A model generated the notes under the pieces. The model worked only from the letters and a program-made list of their open reading frames with translations, was not told where the DNA came from and searched no databases. From IMG/VR virus record IMGVR_UViG_3300037249_001405, positions 32,001-96,000 of that record: 64,000 nucleotides of DNA; one strand, given 5' to 3'. Within the stretch, counting starts at the first letter, position 1, and each line of letters begins with the position of its first letter. The stretch is from a virus. Taxonomy: Duplodnaviria > Caudoviricetes. The translations under genes were made by a program, and so were the position numbers. Positions 30,366-39,559 of the stretch are shown in pieces.

Positions 30366-30883
30366 TTATCTTCCTTCTTTTTTCCTCATTTCTTTCCTTC
30401 TTCTTATAGCCTCCTCAGCATTTTCATTTATTCCTGGTTTAGCCTTTTTATTAACGAATTTAGAAGCGTAATAGTCTAAGGCCGCTCCAGACAGAGAACC
30501 TGCTGCAACAGCTCCTGCCTTCCTTAGGTTACCAGGTTTACCGTAAAGTTCATGTAAACCATGACCCATTAATCCACCACCTAAAGCACCAAATCCAGTA
30601 GCAATTTTCTGATGGACATCAGAAGCTTTGTCGTATGAATCATTAGCAATCTTTCTAATCTGTTCATCAGATTTTCCTTCTCTGATTCCCTGATTTATCT
30701 TATTTTTAGCGTGACCATAAGGGTAGGCCATCCAGGGGAAAAACCCTTTAAAGTTACTTGCATATTTGGCTTCTCTTTCTAGATCCTCATCAGTTGTATT
30801 TTTTTTTTCCCGAACATCTTCTGAATAGCATAATTTACACCATCCTCAAATGCTTCACTATAAATTCTTTCCTCTATACTCAT
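30366..30883 (-). pseudogene. Leader-module glycine-zipper gene frameshifted in an A10 run
   Basis: ATG 30883 gives MSIEERIYSEAFEDGVNYAIQKMFG then A10 (30808-30799) and an early TAG; one more A would join it to ORF 30366-30731. Confidence 0.7.
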
Positions 30884-30884
30884 T

Positions 30885-31403
30885 TTATTTTTTATCTTTA
30901 TTATCTTTTTTCTTAGATAAATAATGTGAGAGAGCTCCTATACCAGCACCAGCTGCTACTGGTATACCGATAGAACGCGAAGTTACCTTTTTTGCTAGTT
31001 TTTCATAGGTTGGCTTAAGTCTCTTTATTTCACTCTCGTTTAATCTATTAAGTCCTCTAGCCACTTTAGCTTCCTCCGCTAATTCAGCTGCTTTTTTACT
31101 ATTTCCAACCATTCTGTGGTGCATAGAGTATTCATCAGCATACTTAGCTCGTCTTTCCATCTTATTTCTATCAGAGATAGCTTCTTGATACTTCTTATTA
31201 ATACTGTCAAATTCTTTTAAAGTATCTTTACCTACTAGATTACGCCCAAGGAAAGCCCCAGCACCAAAGCCTAAACCAGCACCAGTAAGTGAACTTCTTA
31301 GATAACTGCCCTCATTTTTTTCATCATCACCAAACATTCTCTGGATAGCGTAATTTACGCCATCTTCAAATGCTTCACTATAAATTCTTTCTTCTATACT
31401 CAT
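30885..31403 (-). CDS. Leader-module glycine-zipper protein
   Basis: MSIEERIYSEAFEDGVNYAIQRMF|G; two Gly-rich helices; basic tail. Confidence 0.8.
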   Translation of the reverse strand: MSIEERIYSEAFEDGVNYAIQRMFGDDEKNEGSYLRSSLTGAGLGFGAGAFLGRNLVGKDTLKEFDSINKKYQEAISDRNKMERRAKYADEYSMHHRMVGNSKKAAELAEEAKVARGLNRLNESEIKRLKPTYEKLAKKVTSRSIGIPVAAGAGIGALSHYLSKKKDNKDKK

Positions 31404-31405
31404 TT

Positions 31406-33265
31406 TTATTTTTTATCTTTATTCTTAAAATATTTTTTATATAAATCATTAGTTAGAAGAGCTGTTCCAACACCTACAGTGGCGCCTAGAGCTGCTCTAG
31501 GATAGATAGATTTACGTAGATCACTCCTGAAAATTCTTTTTGCTTCTGGATTTTGGTCACAGACATCTTTTATCTTTTTATATAATTTCCAAGAAGGTTT
31601 TGGTGACTCTGTAGGCTTTTTAGTATCAGCATCGATAAATTTAATGTTTTTCAGATGTTGATCTCTACCATTAACCGCTCCAAAATAACCACCCATTAAT
31701 CCTGTACTAATTGGCACTACTAAATCATCTCCACTACTCTCTTTAGTAGATTCAGGTTTACTATAAAATTTATTTTTCCATCTATCAAATTTATCCTTAT
31801 TTCTTTCCTCTCTTCTTTCCTCTTTTTTCTTCAAAGATTGGTGTACAGCAAAACCTATACTCAAAGCACCTAATCCTATTAAGCCGGATTTCCAAGGATT
31901 TTCTTTAACCCATTTAACTGCACTTTTCCAGAGACTAGGCTTTACTTCACCTGTTGTAGCGTCTTTAACAACATTAGCTGGTGCAGCATTATTAGCTGGA
32001 GGATTTTTATCAAAATCAGGAATATCTCCGTAAACAGTTTTCTTTCCTATATGTGCGTGGGCTCTTGCTATCTCTATATCTTTTTCAGTTTTTTCAAGGT
32101 TAATCACAACATTCTCAAGTGACTTCGGATCCGACATAACATATTTATTAAGTACATTCTCAGCAGCTGTATCATCGAGAACTTTCTTTAATTCTTGGAT
32201 ATTTTTTGCTGTAAATCCCCAATCACTAGCAGCCTTTGGATCAGAAACAAGTTTAGCAATAGTATCTTTTATATTATCACATTTATAATAACCAGAACAT
32301 TCCTGTAAGAATCTCGTAAATAATTCTTCTTTATTCTTTACGCCCAAGTTCTTTAGCGTTATATCTAATTTTTTCTTTGGATCTGTTATATTTTTAGTTT
32401 CCTCTAGAATTTTAGATTTAATAGCATCTAACTTGTCAGGCGATCCTCCAGTTAATGGATAGATATGACCTAAGAATTTATCTAATCCATCCTTTTGAGA
32501 TAATATATCATTTAAGAACCTTTCCTCAGCCACTTCCTGCAACTTCATATAGCGTCCCATTTCATCAAAGCTTAAAGATACTGTTTTACCTTTAAACTTA
32601 AAGCTTTCTGGAACGTCTGTAGTAACAGGATCATTAGTTAAGATATCCTTTATTAAATTCTGATCTTTATATAATAAGTCTATTTTGGTATTTAAATTAG
32701 AAATTTCTTCAGACAATTCATTCTCTGATACTTTTACTACTTTTTCTAGGGATTCCCTATAGTCACTGATTAATTTCATTAATTCTTTATCATTAGTCAA
32801 TTTACTATTGTTATTACCTAAGAAATCTCTAGCTTTCTCTAGATTTTGCCTATAAGATTCACCCTCGTTGATTCTGTCTAGCAATTCTTTTTGCTGCTTC
32901 TCGCTTAACATAGTTTCTATGTATTCCTCAAGAGCGGCTTTACTATTTTCGAAATTTTTCTTAATTCCTTTAGGGAATTCGGGTCCATCAATATATCGAT
33001 CAATAAGGTCATTCTCACTATTTCTGGCTAATTTAGTTAATCTATCCTTTTCTTCCCTACCGGTAGGAGAATGTTCAATTAACCAACCAGCGAATCTGTT
33101 ATTAGAAGGATTATCTTTATAACTACTTATATATTCATCACATTCTCTCTTTAAATCCTCCATCCATTTTGGATGATTTTTATGAGAATCGTAAGCCTTC
33201 TTAAATGATTCATACAAGCTTAATCCTTCATCTTCACTGTAATATTTAGTTCTATATAGAATCAT
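31406..33265 (-). CDS. Leader-bearing large helical membrane-anchored polyprotein
   Basis: MILYRTKYY|S; transmembrane GLIGLGALSIGFAV; internal NKFY|S followed by a Gly-zipper module. Confidence 0.8.
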   Translation of the reverse strand: MILYRTKYYSEDEGLSLYESFKKAYDSHKNHPKWMEDLKRECDEYISSYKDNPSNNRFAGWLIEHSPTGREEKDRLTKLARNSENDLIDRYIDGPEFPKGIKKNFENSKAALEEYIETMLSEKQQKELLDRINEGESYRQNLEKARDFLGNNNSKLTNDKELMKLISDYRESLEKVVKVSENELSEEISNLNTKIDLLYKDQNLIKDILTNDPVTTDVPESFKFKGKTVSLSFDEMGRYMKLQEVAEERFLNDILSQKDGLDKFLGHIYPLTGGSPDKLDAIKSKILEETKNITDPKKKLDITLKNLGVKNKEELFTRFLQECSGYYKCDNIKDTIAKLVSDPKAASDWGFTAKNIQELKKVLDDTAAENVLNKYVMSDPKSLENVVINLEKTEKDIEIARAHAHIGKKTVYGDIPDFDKNPPANNAAPANVVKDATTGEVKPSLWKSAVKWVKENPWKSGLIGLGALSIGFAVHQSLKKKEERREERNKDKFDRWKNKFYSKPESTKESSGDDLVVPISTGLMGGYFGAVNGRDQHLKNIKFIDADTKKPTESPKPSWKLYKKIKDVCDQNPEAKRIFRSDLRKSIYPRAALGATVGVGTALLTNDLYKKYFKNKDKK

Positions 33266-33375
33266 TTTCTTTTAAAAAAATTAATTGTTATAACACAAAT
33301 AAGAATAATGTTATGATTATGAAGAAAAAAGAATAACATAAGGTTTTTTTTATTTTACCTTATGTTATTCTTTTT

Positions 33376-33939
33376 TTATTTATAATTGAGTAGGTTAATA
33401 TAATTAGCCTCTTCAATTGTAAAGGTCATTTCCCACTCGAAATAACCTCCTTGTATTAGAATACCATTTTCATAATATTCTACAATATACCGCTCTTTGT
33501 CGGTATTTTGAGGTACAGATAGAATAATTCCGTTAATGATATCCTTGCCTTTACCCCGAATGAGAAAAACTTTATCGCCAACATCAAATTTATTTGATAA
33601 TTCTAGTAAATAATCTTCCTCTCGCCTTATTCTTCCAGGAAATTGCTTCTTTTTACTTTTTCTTTTTTTCAGAAGGTATTTCATTTCCTGGAAAGTGTGA
33701 CTAATGTCACTAAGTTTTCTGTAACAATAAGAAAAGGAATCCCATGTTACTTCAAACCATACTGAGTCACCAAAGGTTGGATCCCCATCGGTTCTTTGAA
33801 ATATTTTCCCTTTGGGAATATATTTCGTGACGACCTCAATTGGATCGTAAAAAGATTTCATACGTCCTATCGTATAAATTTGATCACCTTCAGAGAAGGT
33901 TTTATAGGAACTGAATCTTTTTAATGTATTTTTATTCAT
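33376..33939 (-). CDS. Hypothetical protein
   Basis: 187 aa ORF. Confidence 0.7.
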   Translation of the reverse strand: MNKNTLKRFSSYKTFSEGDQIYTIGRMKSFYDPIEVVTKYIPKGKIFQRTDGDPTFGDSVWFEVTWDSFSYCYRKLSDISHTFQEMKYLLKKRKSKKKQFPGRIRREEDYLLELSNKFDVGDKVFLIRGKGKDIINGIILSVPQNTDKERYIVEYYENGILIQGGYFEWEMTFTIEEANYINLLNYK

Positions 33940-33960
33940 TTCTTTGAATTATCTTTATAA

Positions 33961-35067
33961 TTAAAAAACCCCTTCATAAGAACTCCACGGAAGGTGGAGG
34001 GGATTAGTTATACATATGGAATTAAGAGCTTCCCTGAGTTCTTTCTTTTCCCAGATAGCTGCTTTAATTTCCGGAAGTGTTATTTCATAAGAGTCATCAA
34101 AGGATTTGTCCCCAAAATCCTTTATTAAACCGATTTTTTTATGAGACAATACACCACTGCAGAAGACAAAGCCAAGATTCTCCAACTGATGAAGAGTATC
34201 TCTACAATCATCTTCATCATCGTAAGACCAGCTTTCCTCTGGAACATCATTAAACCATGATATAATTTTATCATCATTTCTATCATTGTTTAATATTTTA
34301 GCTTCAAAAGAATCCAAATTTCTGTAAATCGGGCCTTCTTTTGTTACTATTTCTAACATAATCCAATGTGCAATCCAAGGTTGATTACAACAATTCTCAA
34401 TTATGTACTTAATCCTCTGGGCTTCTTCTTCCCACGTGGATGCCGTAGAAGGATATTCCCAATTCTTAGTACTCCATACACAATTATTCAGGTAATAAAT
34501 GTTTATTACCCACTTAGGTGAAGGCGAGTTTGCCTCGCCAGATAATGGTGGATGAAGTGAATTAGGTATATCCAAGAACATTAATGCTTCACTCATTTTA
34601 TTTTCCGGGTCGAACATAATGCTCTTTATATCAGGAAGAGTGGGCTTTTCTTCGTAAATAACCCACTCATTTTTATCATTGGAATATTCACTTGAGAGAA
34701 TGTAAAAACTATTTTTACCTTTTTCAAGTTTTATACCGAAAGGGGATAAGGTCCTAACCCAATCCTCTATAGTTAAACCAGATGGTTTATATTTCTTTAT
34801 CGCAGAAATATAACTATCATAGAACGAATCCTTTATATCATCTTCATCACTAAAGTCTGGTATTGTTTCGGAATCTGCTCTCATGTAAGTGATCCAACCG
34901 CCCTCATTTAAGATTTCAAAATAGCAATCATGTAGGTTATGCCCACATGCTTGTAGTGCCAATTGATGCTTGAATAAAGTTCTATCAGACCAGCCATGCC
35001 GAGGATGTTTTTCAGACCATACAAGGTCATTTCCAATATAAACATTTGGCTTTACATAATTACTCAT
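33961..35067 (-). CDS. Hypothetical protein with an internally duplicated domain
   Basis: NVYIGNDLVWS...LPDIKS...EAL..L.IPNSLHPPLS recurs as NIYYLNNCVWS...LPEIKA...EAL..I.ITNPLHLPWS. Confidence 0.75.
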   Translation of the reverse strand: MSNYVKPNVYIGNDLVWSEKHPRHGWSDRTLFKHQLALQACGHNLHDCYFEILNEGGWITYMRADSETIPDFSDEDDIKDSFYDSYISAIKKYKPSGLTIEDWVRTLSPFGIKLEKGKNSFYILSSEYSNDKNEWVIYEEKPTLPDIKSIMFDPENKMSEALMFLDIPNSLHPPLSGEANSPSPKWVINIYYLNNCVWSTKNWEYPSTASTWEEEAQRIKYIIENCCNQPWIAHWIMLEIVTKEGPIYRNLDSFEAKILNNDRNDDKIISWFNDVPEESWSYDDEDDCRDTLHQLENLGFVFCSGVLSHKKIGLIKDFGDKSFDDSYEITLPEIKAAIWEKKELREALNSICITNPLHLPWSSYEGVF

Positions 35068-36482
35068 TAATCAATAAATTCTTTATGAGTTAATAAGTAA
35101 TTATCCATTTCTGGCGTATTATTCCATTTATAAATTTCATATTTCATAAATGAGTATTTGTTGTGTCCGATTTCAGCCGAGAATTTACACAATAGCAAAT
35201 TACGAACGAAAAAGTGAACACCAAGTCTTAGTCCACCCCTTTTGAAATCATAAGTAGGTGAATAAGCTATCGGTTTATAACGGTAAACATGAGGTCCAAA
35301 AACAGACACCGGTTTACCATCCCTAAATGCTTTTACGTAATCACCGATGGGCGGATATTTCCATACTTTGCCCTTTGTATCAACAATTACTGTAAACTGC
35401 CAATCCTTATTTGGCCTAGTGGTTCTACAACCTTTCAGCTCTATTGGTTTAGCATTTAAATCCTCTCGATTCCAATAATTACCCTCCTGATTGGCACCTG
35501 GATTTACAACAATTGCGTTGAAATCTGAGTAATCCCAGATAGGTAACTGTACTGGATCAAGATCGGGGGTTAATATATTATTAATACTCAAGTATTCTTT
35601 TTGAGTTAATAATGGAACTGAATATTTTGAAGCTTTTTCATAATATTCAAGAACAAGAGCATTCTGCTCCTCCTCGCATTTTTTCGCTTCACTCTTAATT
35701 GACTCAAGAATGAAGTTAATACCCTCAATACCTCCATTTATTTCGATAAGGTATTTTGAGAATTTCGGATCTAGTATAACAGTTCCGCTGTTAATACCTG
35801 GACCTGGTATTCCGTGTAAACTAAATTCCTTCTCTGAGGAGTTATAATAGTCTACCTTGGAAAATCTCTCTTTCCACCACCAGGAATCATTTCCGAATAG
35901 AAGAGGACGGGTTTCAGTCTCAGTACATTTGAGATCATCCCAGAGACAATTTTTTATCCAGAGATAACTCCTTTTATTGCTGAGTTCCATCCATTTTTCA
36001 ACTAAGCTAACTAATTCAATATCATTAGTTGCATCCTTGAATAATTCTCTCGATCTTCGATTGCCGTCAGGCAATGGTCTCATATCAAAGAGAATTGGAG
36101 AGTAATAAACTCTATAATCTGATTCAGGAAGATTACTAAATCTGGTCATAGAACTGATACAGTGATCAGCATGGGGATCACCATTTCTCCTCTCTATCTC
36201 AGAAGCTGGATAAACAGAATCGGAGTATTTACTACTCTTAACGAATCTATTTATCTTTGTGACATTCTTGAGTCCACAAAACTCAAGGTTATCCGCATGC
36301 CATTCCTCACCGTTCCAGGTAAGAACCATATTGCCTAACTTAACTGATACAGGCTTTCTCGAAGAGTAAATCACTGTATCGTCAAAATAGGTTACATAAA
36401 CCTGAAGGTCGAATTCCCAGCCCTTTGGCTTAGAGAGCCTAACCTTCATATCAGTTGGCTTAAAATCATCATTGTTTGCCAT
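35067..36482 (-). CDS. Hypothetical protein
   Basis: Long ORF; start moved to MANNDD (36482), behind leader cassette copy 3. Confidence 0.75.
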   Translation of the reverse strand: MANNDDFKPTDMKVRLSKPKGWEFDLQVYVTYFDDTVIYSSRKPVSVKLGNMVLTWNGEEWHADNLEFCGLKNVTKINRFVKSSKYSDSVYPASEIERRNGDPHADHCISSMTRFSNLPESDYRVYYSPILFDMRPLPDGNRRSRELFKDATNDIELVSLVEKWMELSNKRSYLWIKNCLWDDLKCTETETRPLLFGNDSWWWKERFSKVDYYNSSEKEFSLHGIPGPGINSGTVILDPKFSKYLIEINGGIEGINFILESIKSEAKKCEEEQNALVLEYYEKASKYSVPLLTQKEYLSINNILTPDLDPVQLPIWDYSDFNAIVVNPGANQEGNYWNREDLNAKPIELKGCRTTRPNKDWQFTVIVDTKGKVWKYPPIGDYVKAFRDGKPVSVFGPHVYRYKPIAYSPTYDFKRGGLRLGVHFFVRNLLLCKFSAEIGHNKYSFMKYEIYKWNNTPEMDNYLLTHKEFID

Positions 36483-36579
36483 AATAATATTTATATTTAA
36501 TGTTATTAATATCATGAAAAATAAAAAGAAGAGAATATAAACTTTAATCGTTTATATTCTCCTCAATTATAAGAGTTAC
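36483..36579 (-). promoter_or_regulatory. Promoter-hairpin leader cassette, copy 3
   Basis: Minus strand: GTAACTCTTA-N4-TGA, GAGAATATAAAC/GTTTATATTCTC, then TTATTTTTCATGAT. Confidence 0.7.
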
Positions 36580-36585
36580 AAGGAA

Positions 36586-37407
36586 TCACACCTCTATGGG
36601 ATCCCCTAACCACACTTCGTAATTTTTAGGGTTACGAGATCTAGTGAATACCACTTTACCTATAGAATTCTCACCAATGCCATCAGAAATCATTCCAAAG
36701 AATTTCCTTTCAATGGCTGTTTTCAGTGTTTCTTTCTTAGGGTAACTATGCATATCCACTATTTCAGTGTTAATAGGAATAATCGAAGTAAAACATACGG
36801 AATACCATCCGTCATCAAATATTACCGACATTTTTACTTCTTTTTCATTAAAACCCTCTTGGATTTTAGTATAATTTAAATCAAATTCATTTTCTACTTG
36901 ATCTGATTGTGGTTCTCTTTTTAGCCAATCCCACTGACCAAGTAAATTCTCAATTCCTTTAAAATCTTTCGGGTTGAAATTATGCATCCAAACAGAACAA
37001 CCCTTCTCATCTATAAGTTTCAAAGGAATCTTATATTTTAGTGTATAATCACTTGATCGTAGATCTTTTAGTAGTGATATAAATTTATTTTCATTAAATG
37101 GTTCTACCCTAACTAATGAAAATTTGAATCTATCTGGTGTATAAGTCATTCTATCACCATCAATAGATAATACTACTTTTTCATCCCTATCCCATATAGA
37201 GACCTTACCATTGCCGGAAGCAATAATCTTAAAATCTTTTAGATCATCCTCCGTAGCCTTTTCAAGAACCAGTTTAAAGTTCTCTACAGAGATAGGTGAA
37301 ATAGGAAGAGTATAATCAACCAAATCAGGCATGTGATTATAACCCATTTCATCGACTACATAATATAAGTAATCGATCATTGCTTGTTTACCGTATTGTT
37401 CTGCCAT
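36586..37407 (-). CDS. Hypothetical protein
   Basis: 273 aa ORF in operon. Confidence 0.7.
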   Translation of the reverse strand: MAEQYGKQAMIDYLYYVVDEMGYNHMPDLVDYTLPISPISVENFKLVLEKATEDDLKDFKIIASGNGKVSIWDRDEKVVLSIDGDRMTYTPDRFKFSLVRVEPFNENKFISLLKDLRSSDYTLKYKIPLKLIDEKGCSVWMHNFNPKDFKGIENLLGQWDWLKREPQSDQVENEFDLNYTKIQEGFNEKEVKMSVIFDDGWYSVCFTSIIPINTEIVDMHSYPKKETLKTAIERKFFGMISDGIGENSIGKVVFTRSRNPKNYEVWLGDPIEV

Positions 37408-37409
37408 TT

Positions 37410-38129
37410 CTATAATATTATTTCGTTATTTCCAATACTTCCTACTATTTTGTTGTTAACAAACATAGTTGAACCGGAAAATCTAGGAACATCATCTAAT
37501 CCTAAGTGTTTCATAAAAATATATTTTGCTGGTACGAATTTAGTCATCCAAGTAAATTTATTTTTACACAAATAGAATGTATAACCATCCTTATACATTT
37601 CATCAGAATTTATATAGACTATTAATAAATCCTTTTTTGCAAGTCTAGATGATCCACATAGTGTTGTACCTTTGTCTATTGCCGTTGAAATATCATCAGT
37701 TAAATAAACAAATGGTTCATTCTTTTTAGGAATAATATTAAACTCCTTCGGTGTTTCTGAATTTTTTACATAGGAATAGAGAACCTGAGGTGGTTTGAAT
37801 TGAGTAGAATTAAGAAGTATCGGAAGAGTGTGTCCCGAATTTGCTCGAATTTTTGTACCATATCTATCAAATGAAATAAATTTTTTATCATCAACATCAT
37901 TCTCTGATATAATACGAACTATGTCCTTCCCTGAAATTGAGGATTCCTCACCACCGTTTTGTATACCTAAGACTTTAACAAAATCTTCATTTTCATTTAA
38001 AGATTTCGCTAGTTGGTTGATATCTACCCAACCATTCTCGTCTATAGGAACATCGAAACGACTATAAATATCATGTCGCAGGATGCCTACTATACACCTA
38101 AAAAGATCATGTTCAGATATTTGCAGCAT
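37410..38129 (-). CDS. Divergent RNA 2'-phosphotransferase (Tpt1/KptA) paralog, probably inactive
   Basis: Keeps LRH, DENGWV and IRANSGHT; lacks the KKR arginine, HGT and SRxYVH. Confidence 0.75.
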   Translation of the reverse strand: MLQISEHDLFRCIVGILRHDIYSRFDVPIDENGWVDINQLAKSLNENEDFVKVLGIQNGGEESSISGKDIVRIISENDVDDKKFISFDRYGTKIRANSGHTLPILLNSTQFKPPQVLYSYVKNSETPKEFNIIPKKNEPFVYLTDDISTAIDKGTTLCGSSRLAKKDLLIVYINSDEMYKDGYTFYLCKNKFTWMTKFVPAKYIFMKHLGLDDVPRFSGSTMFVNNKIVGSIGNNEIIL

Positions 38130-38664
38130 TTTCTACTAACCAATTAATAGTCATTCGAAGATCATGGTAAGTGAAGGTATCAGTGTCATCTTCCCTTACG
38201 CTATTGATATCATTAAGTATCAATTCAAATGGGATAGAGTCATCAATATCTTCAGTTCTGAAACAAACACTTGGGGTATCGAAATACTCGGTTTCAAGTG
38301 GTGTTTCATAAGTTCTAGGATTGGCACACTCTAGTTCTCTCTTACACTCAAAATCCACTAGTGGAGAATGAACTTCAGAACATATAATTCCAAAAAGAGG
38401 AATCCTAGGTCCAGACTCAAACTCAAACCTGACAAATTCAGATTTATCCGTGTAGAAATTTTGTGGCGGTTCTGCGTCAAATGTTTCATCTATTGTGAAA
38501 CACTCCCAAGATTTTAGTTTTCCAAGTACAAATCTTCTTTCCCCATTATCTGGTTCTAATCCATCCCAGCCATTAATAGCATAATCGAAGTCTTGTACTA
38601 CAACCAGTTTACCTACTGGATCTATTTTTTCGAGATACTCTCGAATTTTTTTATTTTTAATCAT
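38113..38664 (-). CDS. Hypothetical protein
   Basis: ORF between the two Tpt1 genes; start moved to MIKNKK (38664). Confidence 0.65.
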   Translation of the reverse strand: MIKNKKIREYLEKIDPVGKLVVVQDFDYAINGWDGLEPDNGERRFVLGKLKSWECFTIDETFDAEPPQNFYTDKSEFVRFEFESGPRIPLFGIICSEVHSPLVDFECKRELECANPRTYETPLETEYFDTPSVCFRTEDIDDSIPFELILNDINSVREDDTDTFTYHDLRMTINWLVENAANI

Positions 38665-38669
38665 TTTTA

Positions 38670-39224
38670 TTACTTTACTGACAAGAAGTATTTTGTAGGT
38701 ACCTCTTCTGTAAGCCAAACATTATTTGCTGATAAGTAAAATTTAAAGCCATCTTTATACATTCGTTCTGCAGAGATATAGATGACTTTTGGATCTCCAT
38801 GTCTTTTACCAACTTTAATAGCTGTTTCTTCATCACTAGATAAATGAACATAGAGTCTGGACTTTGGTTTTATACCCTGTTTCATTATGGATTCGAGATA
38901 TTTTACTCCCGTTCCATGAAACAGTATAGTTGGTGGTGGACATTCTATCATAAAAACTTTAATTCCCGGTATAGAATGTCCTTGATTAGCTCGGATTCTT
39001 GTTCCGTCTGGACTATAAGAATATCTTTTCTTATCATCCGTTTCAACTATTCTATCTAAAGTCTCCTTATCAATAAAATAGACAGATTCTGAGTTAATCT
39101 TGTTTATTAAATCATCAACTAGAGCCCAACCACCATCCATTTCAAGAGTAAGTCCAATCTCTTCCGGATGATGTCTGAGAATAAATGCTATATACTTAGA
39201 TAGCTCTGTAATATCGCTGGACAT
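38670..39224 (-). CDS. kptA: RNA 2'-phosphotransferase (Tpt1/KptA)
   Basis: LRHHPE, GGW, DDKKRY, RIRANQGHS, LFHGT, SRLYVHLS, VGKRHG, NNVWLTEEVP. Confidence 0.95.
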   Translation of the reverse strand: MSSDITELSKYIAFILRHHPEEIGLTLEMDGGWALVDDLINKINSESVYFIDKETLDRIVETDDKKRYSYSPDGTRIRANQGHSIPGIKVFMIECPPPTILFHGTGVKYLESIMKQGIKPKSRLYVHLSSDEETAIKVGKRHGDPKVIYISAERMYKDGFKFYLSANNVWLTEEVPTKYFLSVK

Positions 39225-39311
39225 AAATAAATATGTTTAAATTAAAAAAGAGGTATATGGATTATTTTTCCAGATACCTCTCTCATCTTCCTACTTACTG
39301 GTTCTCAGATT

Positions 39312-39485
39312 TTAACCGAAAAACCAGACAAAGAATGGAATATCGCAAACCAGTGACCATATAATGCACTTGATCATATACTTAGTATCAACTTTTTTGC
39401 CATTGAATCCCCTAGCCCAAAAAAACAGGGCAAGCAATATGATCGGAAATGCGATCAACCAAACAATTTTTAAGAATGTCATCAT
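39312..39485 (-). CDS. 57-aa membrane protein with two hydrophobic helices
   Basis: MMTFLKIVWLIAFPIILLALFFWARG...CIIWSLVCDIPFFVWFFG; promoter motif at about 39526-39543. Confidence 0.6.
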   Translation of the reverse strand: MMTFLKIVWLIAFPIILLALFFWARGFNGKKVDTKYMIKCIIWSLVCDIPFFVWFFG

Positions 39486-39559
39486 TTTTTAAATTATTAA
39501 TTAAGTTAGATAAAAATTATTTTTCATCAATCATAAGATTTTCAAGATTTTAAAAAATT

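Noticed and set aside
33376-33939. Member of the leader family (YKTF|S near the N-terminus)
   Set aside because: The leader spacing is atypical and the gene ends an accessory operon; possibly chance, so it was left out.
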